Part shown: piece by piece, positions 27,167-39,600 of the stretch | Layout: every line of letters starts with the position of its first letter | Position numbering within the stretch: the stretch's first letter is position 1 | Assembly (NCBI GenBank): GCA_023515725.1 | Contig: JALDTO010000300.1 | Location: forward strand, 1 to 64,000 | DNA length: 64,000 nt | Reading direction: 5' to 3' | Source of the DNA: Amoeboaphelidium protococcarum X5 | Lineage: Eukaryota > Fungi > Aphelidiomycota | The notes under the pieces: model-generated | Database searches by the model: none | What the model was told of the DNA's origin: nothing | The model's input: only the letters and a program-made list of their open reading frames with translations | Program-made: the position numbers and the translations under genes

Positions 27167-29251
27167 TCAAAGCAAGATATAATCTTCAACCTCATCTTCC
27201 TAGCCTTCATAAACAAATTGCATCATGGGATCGTGATCATCGTAGGAGCGACCGAATTACTAATGTTGCTGTTATATCTAGCCACCTTGGCCACCTTTAC
27301 CGCCTTGATGATGAGTGTACGTGTTGAGAATGTTGGACGCGATACCAAATCCACCAGCCACAGCCTTGCCCATCCAAGAGAGAGAATCTAGAACAAGACT
27401 TTGACGGCGCTGTGGCGACTGAGATGGAGTTACTAAACTTGGCCGACGTGAGGATGGGTGGCGAGATATTGGTTGTCGCGGAGATTCTGCAACTTGCATT
27501 TGACTAAAGTCTTCGCCCAATTTAGAATCTTCACTTATGGTGGGCACTAAAGGCGATAGACCATTAAGACTTCCTTTTGAAGAGAATCGTCGTCTACGCT
27601 ACGGCATTTGCTAATGACACTATTTATCATCCATATCCATTGCAAAGGGAAAGCCATCATTCAAATCACCATTATTAGAGCTATTGCCCGTCGACTTGTC
27701 TTCATACTATTATTACTACTTGTCGACAGGATCCTATCTTTTCAACTCAGACATCTACGTTATTGTTGTTGCTTGAGATACATATCTACCAGATGTAGGA
27801 GTAGTAATGCGCGAAGTTGGAGTGTAAGAGTATACGGCATTAGGTGATAGTTTACTGAGCTGGTTTGACGACACGGCATGAACAGCATAACCAGATCTGT
27901 AGGATAAACTCTTCGGCTTGGTAAATGATGCCAACTGATTTTCACGGTCCTGTTCAATGTTAATGAATGCATTCAGTAGGGATGGTAGACCATTTACCTC
28001 TGAATGCTAGAATAAATCTTGGAATGATATTCTGTCAGTCGGGTTTTACTTGAGGAGATTTTTAATTAAAGACAGAAGCGACTCTGGAGGACATCTGAAA
28101 TCAAATTCTATACTGTCAGGCTGCAGTTGAAACTACGATCTACTTTGAGGAATTTGGATAGGCAGAGACATGGATGAAGCATCAAGATCCAACTGGGAAG
28201 CAGATTATGCAACGCGCTTCTTCCTGATTGATGAGGCACTTTTAGGAAAAGGAATGTTATCATCGCATTACTTAATCATCATTGACAACTGCTTTGGACT
28301 TTTAGCTCCATGAAACGGCACTCGACCAAAGATCATCTCATAAATCACAGTACCGGCACTCCATAAATCTACACGACTATCATAGCCGGTTCTTTCACGA
28401 TATGAAGTCTACTACTTATCGCCACTGTCAATGTTGATATTAAGAATTTCCGGACTCATATACAGAGGGCTACCACACTGCGTCCGCATACGATGACCAG
28501 TGGGAACAATCCTGGCAAATCCAAAATCTGCCAGTTTCACTTGAGGCAAATGGTAACGCGTCACATGATCAATTTCTCCATCTGAAACAAAGCCGCGCGC
28601 GATCATTTGACTCAGCGCCACACACAGGTTGGCCATCGTCTCGTGACTTTTCTGAAACACACAATTAGAGCCGTTTGGACACTGCGCCGGCGTTTGTAGA
28701 AGCACATTGTGGGGCTTAATATCTCGATGAACGATATCCAGAGAGTGCAGAATCTTGAGAGCATTCACTATTCCATGTGTGAAGTGGTATACCTGTATCA
28801 TGTCCAAACCTCGTCGTTAATTCTACGCGTCACCATGTACTCTCTATCGTTTCAAGTACTAATGCAAATCACCAATATCGCAATATTCAATATAGAGTCT
28901 GATTTCATCATCAAATTCATCCACATTGAGCAGTGACAGAATGTTTCGAGTGCCACCATCAGATGATGCAACGAGTCGTAGAATTTTAATTTCTGACCGC
29001 AGACTCTTTAATAAATCAGGAGTGACATCCTTCTTTATGATGGATTTTACTGCAATTTTACTACTGGGCCTAGAATCACCGTTTGAATGTGTGCATTGAT
29101 AGCCATCTCCACCTCCAGTGTTGAATAATCTTCTGCCAAGGTAAACCGTAGCAAACGATCCCTTTCCAATAATCTAATCCGAGGTTTCATAGACTGATGA
29201 TTATCCACCATCTTGAGATGTATTATATTTGTAATTTCGACTTTCTGACAT
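27167..29251 (-). CDS. Atg1/ULK-like Ser/Thr protein kinase, ~694 aa
   Basis: IGKGSFATVYLG, IAVK, LRSEIKIL, IVHRDIKPHNVLL, LPQVKLADFGFAR, CGSPLYMSPEIL, DLWSAG, DRISF; disordered C-terminal half ends EDEVEDYILL. Confidence 0.82.
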
Positions 29252-29387
29252 GATAAATATTTCTTCTGTCAGTGTAATGATTATCACTTTGATGATGATA
29301 ATGAAAGATTAAACAAGGACGAATTGGAGCGGCTGTCGTTGAATTTCACAGATCACTTGATTAGAGAGAGCGAGAGAAACGCGAAGG

Positions 29388-29418
29388 AGCCAATCGATTT
29401 GAGCGCACGCGATTGGCT
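29388..29418. promoter_or_regulatory. Inverted pair of CCAAT boxes in the divergent kinase/aprataxin promoter
   Basis: AGCCAATCG-N13-CGATTGGCT, a perfect 9-bp inverted repeat with a CGCG-type motif between the arms. Confidence 0.4.
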
Positions 29419-29677
29419 GAGCTTGTTTCTTGCCTCTCACAAAGATTCAGTTTGATCGGCTCTTTATTTGGTCGTTTCTGGCTGTTACATGAGCTTTGAG
29501 GTTGCATAATTTTATTTCCCGACCATTGTTCATCTGAATTTGTCTAGTTTACACGATTATCAAGCTCTTTTAAATTCTCACAATTAAACGCGCGATCAAA
29601 GTGACATCCAATTTTACTTTCCTCTCATCTGTTACAGTTTGCATTCGATTATTTTTACTCACTAAAACTTGTGAGAA

Positions 29678-30253
29678 ATGTCATTTTATAGATCCTTGTC
29701 TGATTATTTGAAACCGAATCCGTAAATTTAGCCGTTGCACAAAAGAGGACAATGTGTGGTGGTTCAAGATTTGTATCCCAAAGGCAAGCATCATTATCTT
29801 GTCATGCACCAGCAGTTGAGATTGATGTCAGTTTATGATTGTTAGCCGGAGCATTTGAATGATCTCAATGAGGTTCTGACGTGTGCTCAAGAGTACCTGG
29901 AAATGATTAAAGTGCGGAGAGATCAAGTCTGGCTGGGATTTCACGCGATACCTTCCATGACTCCTCTGCATTTGCATATAATATCTAAAGACATGCTGGG
30001 CAGTTGCTTGAAAACTAAAGCACATTACCATTCCTTTGTCACTGAATTTCTGGTCCCACTGGATCTGGTCATAAATTGTCTCAAAGAAGATGGATCAAAA
30101 TTCTGCGTATCTAGGCGATTAAAGAGCAAAATCCATTACGATTCTCTGCTGAAACTCGATTTAAAATGTCACTTGTGTGGACTCGAGATGAAAAATATGC
30201 CCACTTTAAAGAGTCATCTTCAATCTCATGCCACTCCATAGCATTAACTATGA
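29678..30253 (+). CDS. APTX: Aprataxin/Hnt3 (HIT domain + C2H2 zinc finger)
   Basis: QDLYPKGKHHYLVM, GFHAIPSMTPLHLHIISKD, LKTKAHYHSF, LKCHLCGLEMKNMPTLKSHLQSH. Confidence 0.92.
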
Positions 30254-30325
30254 TTCAAACTTGACACTAAAAGAACTTTATACTAGAACATTCATAAATC
30301 AACCACTTCATCACATGTTACCGTT

Positions 30326-31240
30326 TCAAGCAGCACCAGTCTTCTCCCCGGTCAATGTATTGATCAACTCTTACAAAGGGGCCAACTCCTACATATTGTA
30401 TATCATATCGATTAACAGATAGTATCCTCAATATCCCGAGTCGTTATAAGCGTACCTTTTTATCAATCAACTGAAATTCCAGCACAAAGAATATAAAGTG
30501 CTTGAATGACGTGTTTAGGTGCGCTTCCTCGCCAAGTGACACAATCTTTGGGAAATGAGCATGGTAGATGTGGGCATAGACTCTAAATAACCTCTTGAAT
30601 ATGTTTTGCACAATCGACTTGAAAGTTTTTGGGAATGGAACACCTACATTAGAATATTTTTAACAGTATGATTAGACAGTTGCAGATATAGAGAGCGCAA
30701 GAATATCAATTACCAATCTTTGAAGGGAAGATCCCCTCATCGTCGAGCTAATTTTACACCCATGTCATCAGGTAATCAACATACTCCGGGGCACTGACTT
30801 TAACAGGCTTCTTGAAATTCTGACCGTCAGACCAGTGATACTCGTACTTGGGTCCGGCAGACATTACAGCGCAGTCAGTATTGGTGCAAAACTCTGTAAT
30901 AGTTCCATAGAGCATATTGATCTGATTAAAAAAGTCAACCGCTACATATATAGAATAGATACGTCAATAGATAAAAAAGTCAGCCGATATCATATAGATA
31001 AAAGCTTACTGTTAACGGCGAGCCATTCATTCAAATCTTCTCCTTCAGGCAGAGTGACAGCAAGACGCAGATTACCACTACCAAGAGTAGCTTCTGCATA
31101 CTTCTTCAGCTGATACTGCTTAGTACCCTCCGGAATATTCTTCTTAGGCTTAAATGTCTTGTTCTTATTTCTACAAGTATATTGTTATTGAAATCAATTC
31201 AGTTATTGTGACTAAAATCTTACAATCCAAAGAAGCTCAT
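30326..31240 (-). CDS. MOB1: MOB kinase activator Mob1, 5 exons (introns 31171-31223, 30942-31009, 30644-30713, 30389-30455)
   Basis: [69 protein letters not shown]...ELAPLQELI. Confidence 0.97.
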
Positions 31241-31507
31241 ATTAAATTATCAGCTATAGTGTGAAAGTAATGCAATGGATGGGATTGATTATATTAAAAG
31301 ACAGAGCAGATGAAAGCTGAAACAAGAATAGACGAATTGAACTGTGAAGAAACAATTGCCGTTGTTACGCTCACTTTGTGTTATGGTCACACAATCAAGC
31401 AGCAGTTAATTACGAGCTATTTATATCAACTCATCATCACATTAAAGCTAAGCCAAAAGCCAGCTGATTAGTACTTTACGGAGTCAGAATTCAAGTAAGA
31501 AATATAT

Positions 31508-31905
31508 TCATACAAATTTCTCTTAGGCAGCCTTATCAATTATAAAATCGGAAGCATCCAATTATCTCTCATGTGCCTGCTACTCCTTCTGAGCTTCTCT
31601 CTCCCTCTCAATCTCGTCGTCAGATTCATCGATGGCATTGAAATCCTCTTAAATAGACGGAGCTTCTTCATCTTGAGTTTGTGTGCGATTCTTCTGCACT
31701 ATTTTCCCATCATTGTCGTGTAGGCCAATTATTTTATATCCACGAAGGGGATCCACTGGAGGCTAATCCACATACTTCTTTGTCCACGTCATAACGGTGG
31801 CCTTGTTAATTTCAGTCTATTAAAGATTCCTACTCAGAACGGAAGCTGTAATATTTTTTCATTGTCGAGTGAGATATCTTACCACTACACATACTGAGAC
31901 GCCAT
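31508..31905 (-). CDS. Small acidic hypothetical protein (~114 aa), 2 exons (intron 31830-31882)
   Basis: ATG, GTAAGA...GAGTAG intron, then an open frame to TGA with an acidic helical C-terminus (DESDDEIEREREAQKE). No family recognised. Confidence 0.55.
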
Positions 31906-32538
31906 GATTTCCCTGATATTGCAGTTAATTTGTACTGTACGAAGGCACTTGGCAAGAAAAGCGGCGCAGTTAGTCTGACACGCGAAACGCTCAGGTTAGT
32001 TAGTATACATCACTATGATTCAAGTGAGCACAGGGCTACTTCTTACAAACTAATCAAAGAAACTTGAAGCATATTCACCATATAGGTATGTTTGTCAGAA
32101 AAGATCATGCTAGTCGTTAAATGTAAGATAAGTCCTCAAAATCTTCTTTACAACGTGCGCGACATTGAGATTCTGTTTAGACTTGCACTGGCGCTGTAAT
32201 CAAAATTAGAAAACATTAAATGCGCCACTTACGGTACATAACTCTTTGAATATGTTAAATTATACCACCCAAGCAATTATAACAATTATAGATTTGGAGT
32301 ACCTTAGCCTCGGACCAACGTCACTGCACGTAGTTGAATCATCGGCCCATAGAGAGAGGTAAAATCGGCTTAATAGAGCTAAAAACGCCCTAAATTCATT
32401 CTAAAAAACATATATACTGCCACATAGCTTCTATATATCCCAATTATTATCTTCCCTTAAATTTTCTCGGCGAATTTCCGATTAGTCGTTTATACATTCT
32501 AAGGCCTGACGTCTGGGCGATCGCCCGAATTGTGACTC

Positions 32539-32548
32539 GTGACGTCAC
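32539..32548. promoter_or_regulatory. Palindromic CRE/ATF-type site upstream of the velvet gene
   Basis: GTGACGTCAC about 120 nt before the ATG. A second palindrome GGGCGATCGCCC lies at 32515-32526. TGACGTCA also occurs at 47497-47504 upstream of the photolyase. Confidence 0.35.
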
Positions 32549-32670
32549 TTTGATTCGATCTTTTTCCATCATTTATTCCCCGTTCACTCAACGAAATTGA
32601 AAAATTTTATCAACGAAGAGCCGACCACACTTTGACATATTCGATATAATACTGATTTAATAACTTTTGA

Positions 32671-34266
32671 ATGAAAGGAAAGAGAAAGAATAACAGAAAT
32701 AGTAATAATAGTAAGAGTGAGGATAAAGCCTAGGCTGTGCAGCTGGAGAAGCAAAGTGCTGCGGTGGCCGTGGAGGATAATGAAAAGGCTATGGAATAGG
32801 GGCCTCATCATCATGGTAGGACGCTTTCTTCACACCCATCACAGGCAAGCCAGTAGATGTCAATGTCCAATCTGATGAATCCAAGCAATTCAGATAACTC
32901 CGACAATGACAAGAATGTATAGCCGACAGTGGCACGCAATACGTCACCTGTCATGACGAATGGAGGCGAAGACATCGTCGCTGAGGGGGCGCGGAGTATA
33001 CAGCCTCATTTGCAGTTATAATAGTAGAATCTGCGGAAAGGTGATGATATTAGCCCTGGTAGTCATTAGTCTGGATTGGAATAATAATAACAATATAATC
33101 TCTCATACTTTCCCTCTGAACAGGCGCGCACGGATAGTTAGCCGGCGGGAAGTGTGCAAGGCGGATATGCAGATACATGGCGCAATGAGGCTATATAACA
33201 GTCTCTGGCTAAATCGCAGAATTTTGGAATGTCAGCTGGACCATCAATGTTTACCAATCGGCCGAATAACTATGGAGCCAATGATCAGGTGGTGCGATTT
33301 GATGATAGAAGGGATGCCAGTGGATTTTACTACCCAAGTCATGGTACGCGATATGATGTGGTAGACTAAGGAGCTATGAGACATCTGCGGGACGCGCCAA
33401 GTAGTCAGACAATGTTTACCACAGGTCCAGATACTAACAGTAAGACCACCACTAATAGTGATGACATTGTGCATACGACGAGCGATGAGAATCGCAGTGG
33501 TAGTGCGGTAGATATTTCTGGTGGGAGTAATGATTTGGAAGACTCTGTCAGTGATGATACTGTATCTGCTGATGATCAGAGTGAGACCAAGAGGATATAC
33601 AGACTGATTGTCAGGTAGTAACCTGTCCGTGCTCGAGTGTGCGGTTAAGGTGTTAGCGATAGAAGGCCCATTGATCCTCCGCCCATTCTGCAGTTGTAGA
33701 TACATGATGAAGATGATCGACCTCTCAAGAGCTAACCTGATGATGTTAATTTTATTGTCGCTCACGCGTCTCTCCTCTCTGATGATGGTAAGCAAGATGT
33801 CACCGTGTCGAATTACGATGGACATCCGATGCGAATGTTAATGGGTACTCTTGTGTCATCGGTATATCTGCTGCATGATCTCGATGGATCACTTGGATAC
33901 TTTTTCATATTCCCCGACTTGTCCATTAGGATTGAAGGTACGTACAGGCTCTGTTTCCGAGTGATGAACTTGGCATTCTCCGAGAATAAGTAAGCTGGTG
34001 GTAGTCGCCCCGTACTTACCAAAGTTATTGCTGAGCCGTTGAAAGCGTACACAGCCAAGCGGTTTCCTGGTATGATTGAGTCATCTGCCTTGATGAGATG
34101 TTTTGCGAGATAAGGTGTTAAACTGACCATACGAAAAGACAGCGGAAGAAATACAAGGCGGGATGATGCAACTGATATCTCTAGTGAGGATGGAGATGTG
34201 GGAGAAGATTAGTAATTGGATAAGGTGGATTTGTAAAAGAACGCGGACAAAGTAATAAAAAATTGA
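32671..34266 (+). CDS. Velvet-domain transcription factor, ~531 aa
   Basis: YRLIVRQQPVRARVCG..DRRPIDPPPILQL, LMGTLVSS, GYFFIFPDLSIRIEGTYRLCF, YTAKRFPGMIESSALMRCFARQGVKLTIR; the QQ of RQQP is encoded TAG TAA (33616-33621). Confidence 0.93.
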
Positions 34267-34335
34267 ACTTAGTCGAAAGGAGCAAGTTTAATGATAACAA
34301 TGCTGACAATAAAACTATTTTTCTCATCTCAATAA

Positions 34336-36345
34336 TCAATGAATTTTCATAACTAGACTAAATTTTACCTCATTAGCATTGTGCGTGATATCACTTGGCG
34401 TGACAACGTGATCAACGGAGCGATATCCCCACGACTAAGTCTCTGCAAACTGATTGACTTTACTCTCAAAGACTGGCTCAAACGATTTCACCTTTGGATT
34501 AAACACGGAGAAAGAGGCAGTGACTTGCTCACTATTGTCGTGATAATAAGACACTGAAGGATCAATCTTAGTATCAGTCAGAGGGTCAATAATCACATCC
34601 TTCATAGATCTCGGAAGACTTTCATGACTGATATCGACATTGGCATCATCTTGCGCGGCCTTGGTAATATTGTAACCTTCGGAGCGTCTCAAGAAGATGC
34701 CCCACTTCTCTTCGCCACTCTACGGTTGAGTATGAGATTCCATTCCAGCATTACCTGGGTCTTCAACAACTTCCTCCGCTGGAAATCGTTGTAAGAAGCA
34801 AGACCACCAACTGCCAGCAAAAAAGAATACATTAGAATAACATCTCTGCTTAGCTCTTAGCTCCTAAAACGATGGAAATGTTACTCCGACGCGTAAAGGC
34901 ACATCTAGCTGAGACGCTCCATTGGTAGCTGGTACATTCTTCTTCACTTTACCTCCTTCAATGTAAGCTCGGAATTGGGTAGATTGCCACAGCGAAGACA
35001 TAAGAACGCTATCATCTACCAAACCTTCAGATTTCACCTGATGCAACTATTCAAAAGTCATGTGAGAGTAGATGATTGCATTCTTGAATATCTTGCCATA
35101 GAGTTCTTCATCTTGTACATTTCTAATTTTAGTGGCTTTGAGGGCAGTCAATTTGCGCAATGACACCACAGACTTAACAAACTCATAACGCGCAAACTCT
35201 GTTGGGCACCAGAACGCGTCAGCCTCCAAAATTCTCTCAAGCCACGACGGCGGAAGCTCAACAAATACAGCTTCGAGATGATGATATCCATTGGCGCACA
35301 AGGTATTCAATACAGACTCTTCCAATGCTCCGGTCACTGAATCGCCATAATCGCAATCTTCAACAAGCCTGACCAAGTTCAAAATCATTTGACATTACGG
35401 ATCGTCAGAGGATAGACTCTCTTTTGTGGTAGACAATTGAACCAGAATACTCTAGATTGTATCCAAACAGAAGTCAGTCAACTGTCTCAGCCCAAAATAA
35501 AGTGACGCGCTCAGGACAGCGATACAATTACCTGCATAAATAGAGAAATTCTCCTATTTCTAAAGTGGATCAAAAACCAGCTATTTACCATATAAAAAAG
35601 CCAAGCAGATATTCACTGACTCTGCCGTGACGTTAATATCAGTGACTGCTATTTCATAACTGCGTTCATCACTATGATCAAATACCTTTTTGAAGAATTG
35701 GCAGCGATTAAGGATAAACTTGTGCAAACGATATACTTTGCCCAGGAGCTCGATACTAACATCAGACTGGTGACCGCATAAAAAGCCAACATCAAAGAGA
35801 TAACTGTCAAAAGTCTACAAAGTCTGACTACTCTCATACGCCTTAGATGAAATGTACTCTGGAATAAATCGCTACTGAGTCTACTGAGTCCCTATAACAG
35901 ATGCAGACTGGAGACCATCAACTGCGTCCTTGATAGGTGGCACAGACGGTAGATCTTTATCTGGTGATACAGGAGGAGTCTACTGGCGCATAGGACTTGG
36001 GAAAGACTCATCATTGTAAGGCTCATATTAACGCGCAAATACATCGGAGGTGGAAGTATGAGCGCGATTTCGCATGACTTCAGACGACTGTCCATCCACC
36101 ACAGATTCGTAATAGGTATAATCAGACTGAGGATACTCGCGCGCAGAGGCAATTGTACGAGTCCTACCACGAGCAGAGTCTTCATTAACAGCCTTTCTCT
36201 CGATCAGTCTGTAATTGATCTTGTCCAGAATTAGATCACTCTCCTCACTGGACTGGTGGAGTTTCTTTGAATCTCTCTCCAAATGAGATGTCAAATACGT
36301 ATCATCTTTTTTACCGCGTCCCAAAAATCCCCACAATTTACCCAT
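34336..36345 (-). CDS. BTB/POZ-domain protein with C-terminal beta-sandwich (MATH-like) region, ~669 aa
   Basis: SGFLCGHQSDVSIELLGKVYRLHKFILNRCQFF (BTB), ELPPSWLERILEADAFWCPTEFARYEF (BACK-like), PLRVGVTF, FFAGSWW, QSWGY. Confidence 0.8.
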
Positions 36346-36507
36346 AATTATTATTATTTAGGATATATCTGGATAATTCCTATAAACTGTTAAAGAGTAG
36401 ATGATGATGAATATGAAAAAGAATCATTATCATCAGTGCCAAGTGAGGGTAGCACAAGCTTTGTGACCCCTGATTTTCAGTTCAGCTTAAATCGGATTGA
36501 TTTCCTC

Positions 36508-36585
36508 TTTGGCGCGTGTCTCTCCTAAAGAGCATCAGGCCGTTTCACAGATGCCGCGTGTGTTTGAAGTACTGTAAAGACGCGT
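36508..36585. promoter_or_regulatory. E2F/MCB-like CGCG elements in the divergent promoter
   Basis: TTTGGCGCG (36508), GCCGCGT and ACGCGT (36580) clustered 45-125 nt upstream of the ATG at 36631. Confidence 0.3.
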
Positions 36586-36630
36586 TTCACTATTCTCTTT
36601 CTCTTTCATAAACTAACAGCTACCAATAAA

Positions 36631-39535
36631 ATGACGCTCACTAATACCTTGACAAAATTAAAGGCCAAGTCCAAGTTATCTTAACGTGACAAGTCAGACT
36701 TGGATGACAAGTAAGGTGACAAATACCTTAAAGTTTCAGTTTTATATACGTGTTTGTAGACTGAATGCCTTCTTATCTGATTACAAAGTACGTGATTCTG
36801 TATGAACAGTATATCAACAATTTACTGACGTGTCATGTGTAGCCTGATCAATGTTCTGATATTTGCTCATGTCTGCAATCCTGTTACAATAACATTAAAT
36901 CAGAAGTTTCATAATTGGTAGGATTGAATGCATGTTCATGCAATTGTTAACTTTGTCTTTCTGTGTAGTTGTCCTCAGAGATTGCGTCTGGAAGTGCGCG
37001 GATGTCGTGTTATCATTTCGCAACGGTACGTTTTCTGATTTGATCTGAAACGGTTTCAAATTTTGATCGCGTTATGTGTAGGCCGTGATCGATGCTGATT
37101 GCTTGGACAAGGTTTAGTTTGGTAAATAATGTCTCAGAGCTTTGTTGAAAGAGTTCTCTCTCAATTCTAGAGATGTCTATGATTATCGTGTGATGGCGCG
37201 TCTAGTCATTTCATTGATGAGCAAGTGTCCCGAGAACAAGATGTTGGTTCGTGACAATGTGGCTGTCGTGTCTTCTGGTCTTTCTTTGGCTCAAGACTGG
37301 GAGTTGCAATCGTCTCTTTTGGAAGTTCTGTTTAGAGCTTGTCCAAAGAGTGACAGCTCAAAGTAGTCTTTTATTACCACTCTACTTCAAGGTTGTGGAC
37401 TGGCTCCTTCTGAATTCAAGTTTAATGCCTTGCTGAATGCCTTTGCTAAATTAAACTCTGACAGATTTCACTTGGAATATAAGTAGGTTCTGCTTTTGCT
37501 GAATGAAAATGACGAGTCTTTGGAATTGCAGAGATATCCTCTAGCTCTATCTGGATATGCCTGGAGTTATGGTAGTGGACGAGGTGATTTTACTGAGGAG
37601 ACTTGCTCTTCCATGTACTTCATCTTTAATCGGGACTGTATGAGTCTAATAATTGAGAAGGATGGTGATGAACGCGTCTTGGAGATTCCGTATCAAACCG
37701 TTCTTGGCTGGGAAGTGATGATGGACACTACCGATAGTTGTACTTTGTAATTGAGATTGGCGGAGTCTGTGATCTCTTTGGATGGCAATTAAACCAACCT
37801 GCCATAAGTCATCTCAGTGAAACTAGTGCAGAATTAATCCCGACCTCCCAAGAAGCTGATTCATCACGTACTGACATCCAAGAACATTTTGCGTCAAAGA
37901 GTCTCAGTAGCCTTGGGTCACATTAATGCTGGAGGAGATGCTCAAGTGAAAAGTCATAAGACCAGTGTTGTCTCTTAGAGCATATACCTCCCTCCACCTA
38001 ATGTGGCAAAATCAGTCGCTACTTCATTTGTCGCAAACTCTGTTGATTCTATCTCTTAGCCTTCGATCTAGCCATCAAAAGAAGAACATTAGTCTGATGA
38101 AATCACGTCTTTTCCTACATAAGACTAGTAAGAAACCAAATACCCTGCATAATCCAAAGATCAAGATCCAATTTCTAAAACTCCTTTCAATCACAAAGCT
38201 CACAACTAAGATGTGCACTCTGGCAAGAATGACAAGTCGGAGGTACAATAAAAGTAATAACGGGATGTGAGAGATGAATTTATGCTTCCTGAGACGAAAG
38301 AGAACATTCTGGTGTCAAGAGCTTCCACTGGCAAGTAGCGCAAAACTTATCGTAAGAGTCTGAGCGAGAAGAAGGCAAAGAAGTAGTATTAAGACATGCA
38401 GGCCACGAAAGTTCATTAAGCTGTGGATAAGACAACAACTGATCTTAGTGATGACGAGGACGATGTTAAGCCTACCTCGTTGGCGTCTTCGTACATGTCG
38501 CGTAATTCCAAGGGTAAGTAGAGCTCTCACAAAAGTGCTTTGAGATCTACTGAAGTTAAGCCAGCTCCTATGGAAAATTAAATTAATACACTCTCGAATG
38601 GGCCAGAGTAACAGAAATCTCTGACATCTCTGTCCTCATTGTCTTCAAGTGAACCTGACTCTGAGGTTGCGAATGAAGGTAATCCGATGAGTCCTGATGG
38701 AGTTGCAAGCATCTCGTCTGTGTCATCTGTGAAACCGCACAAGAGCACGAATTCTTACGTGCCAGATGTTACGAGTAAAGAGAGAAAGAGGGCTCGTGCT
38801 GATGTAGAATCGTCATCATATATTGGAGATTTAGCTACGGCTAAGAATCAGAAGAAGACTGCTAACAAACCAGCTACTCCAAACTTTCAGCATTCAAAGC
38901 GTGCGGGTTTTGATGCAAATATTGGTCGTGATAATAATGGTCTGCATATGCTGCAAGACATTAACTTTGATTTTATTCCAAAAGTGTCAGAAATGCAATT
39001 TCTTCCTCAATCTACTCCATTACTTGATGATGTGGGAAAGAAGCCGAGATTATCTGGTCAGTTGTAGACCGCTGCGCCAAATGAGAGTTATGAACTTTAG
39101 CAGGTACACCACAAGTCTCATCGCCATTCAATGGTACCTAGTCTGTCAATGGATGATCCTGGATTGAGTGTTGACATTGATGCTGTTTGGCACAAGGACT
39201 ATACAGATATTAAGAGTAGCATTGGTGTACAGGGTGACAAATCTTTGCAGCACGCTGAGAATCAGATTGTGAAAGCTTTTAAGGATTTGAGCAACAACGC
39301 TCTGAAGCAAATGAAAGCGGAATGCACGCAATATCAAGACATCATTGTAAAGTTCCGTGCTAATTAAGCCTTAATATTTAAGAAGAAGGTTGATTCTGTC
39401 GCCGCTCAGTCTAACGCCTCTATTGAGTAGGTATAGATGAAGCACTTGAAGTAGTTGAATGATCCATACTCACAATTGGTCCGTGATATCAAGCGTATGC
39501 ATGCGAAGGCGGAGAAGAACCAGATTTGTAACTGA
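36631..39535 (+). CDS. Putative SYCP2/Red1/Rec10-like meiotic axis core protein, 5 exons (introns 36711-36759, 36788-36842, 36918-36968, 37026-37081)
   Basis: Gene model well supported (4 GT...TGTAG introns, then an open frame 37082-39535). Helical N-terminus with AQDWELQSSLLEVLFR, beta-rich YFIFNRDCMSLII...LEIPY, long disordered region, C-terminal coiled coil. Function is inference. Confidence 0.6.
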
Positions 39536-39600
39536 GATTAACAAATGGTGAAAGCAAGTGATATAACAATGGTTTTTTAAGTTCATAGACAATGTGATCA

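Noticed and set aside
32090-32400. Possible small spliced minus-strand gene
   Set aside because: Short, no recognisable motif, and its acceptor would be ACAG rather than the GTAG used elsewhere.
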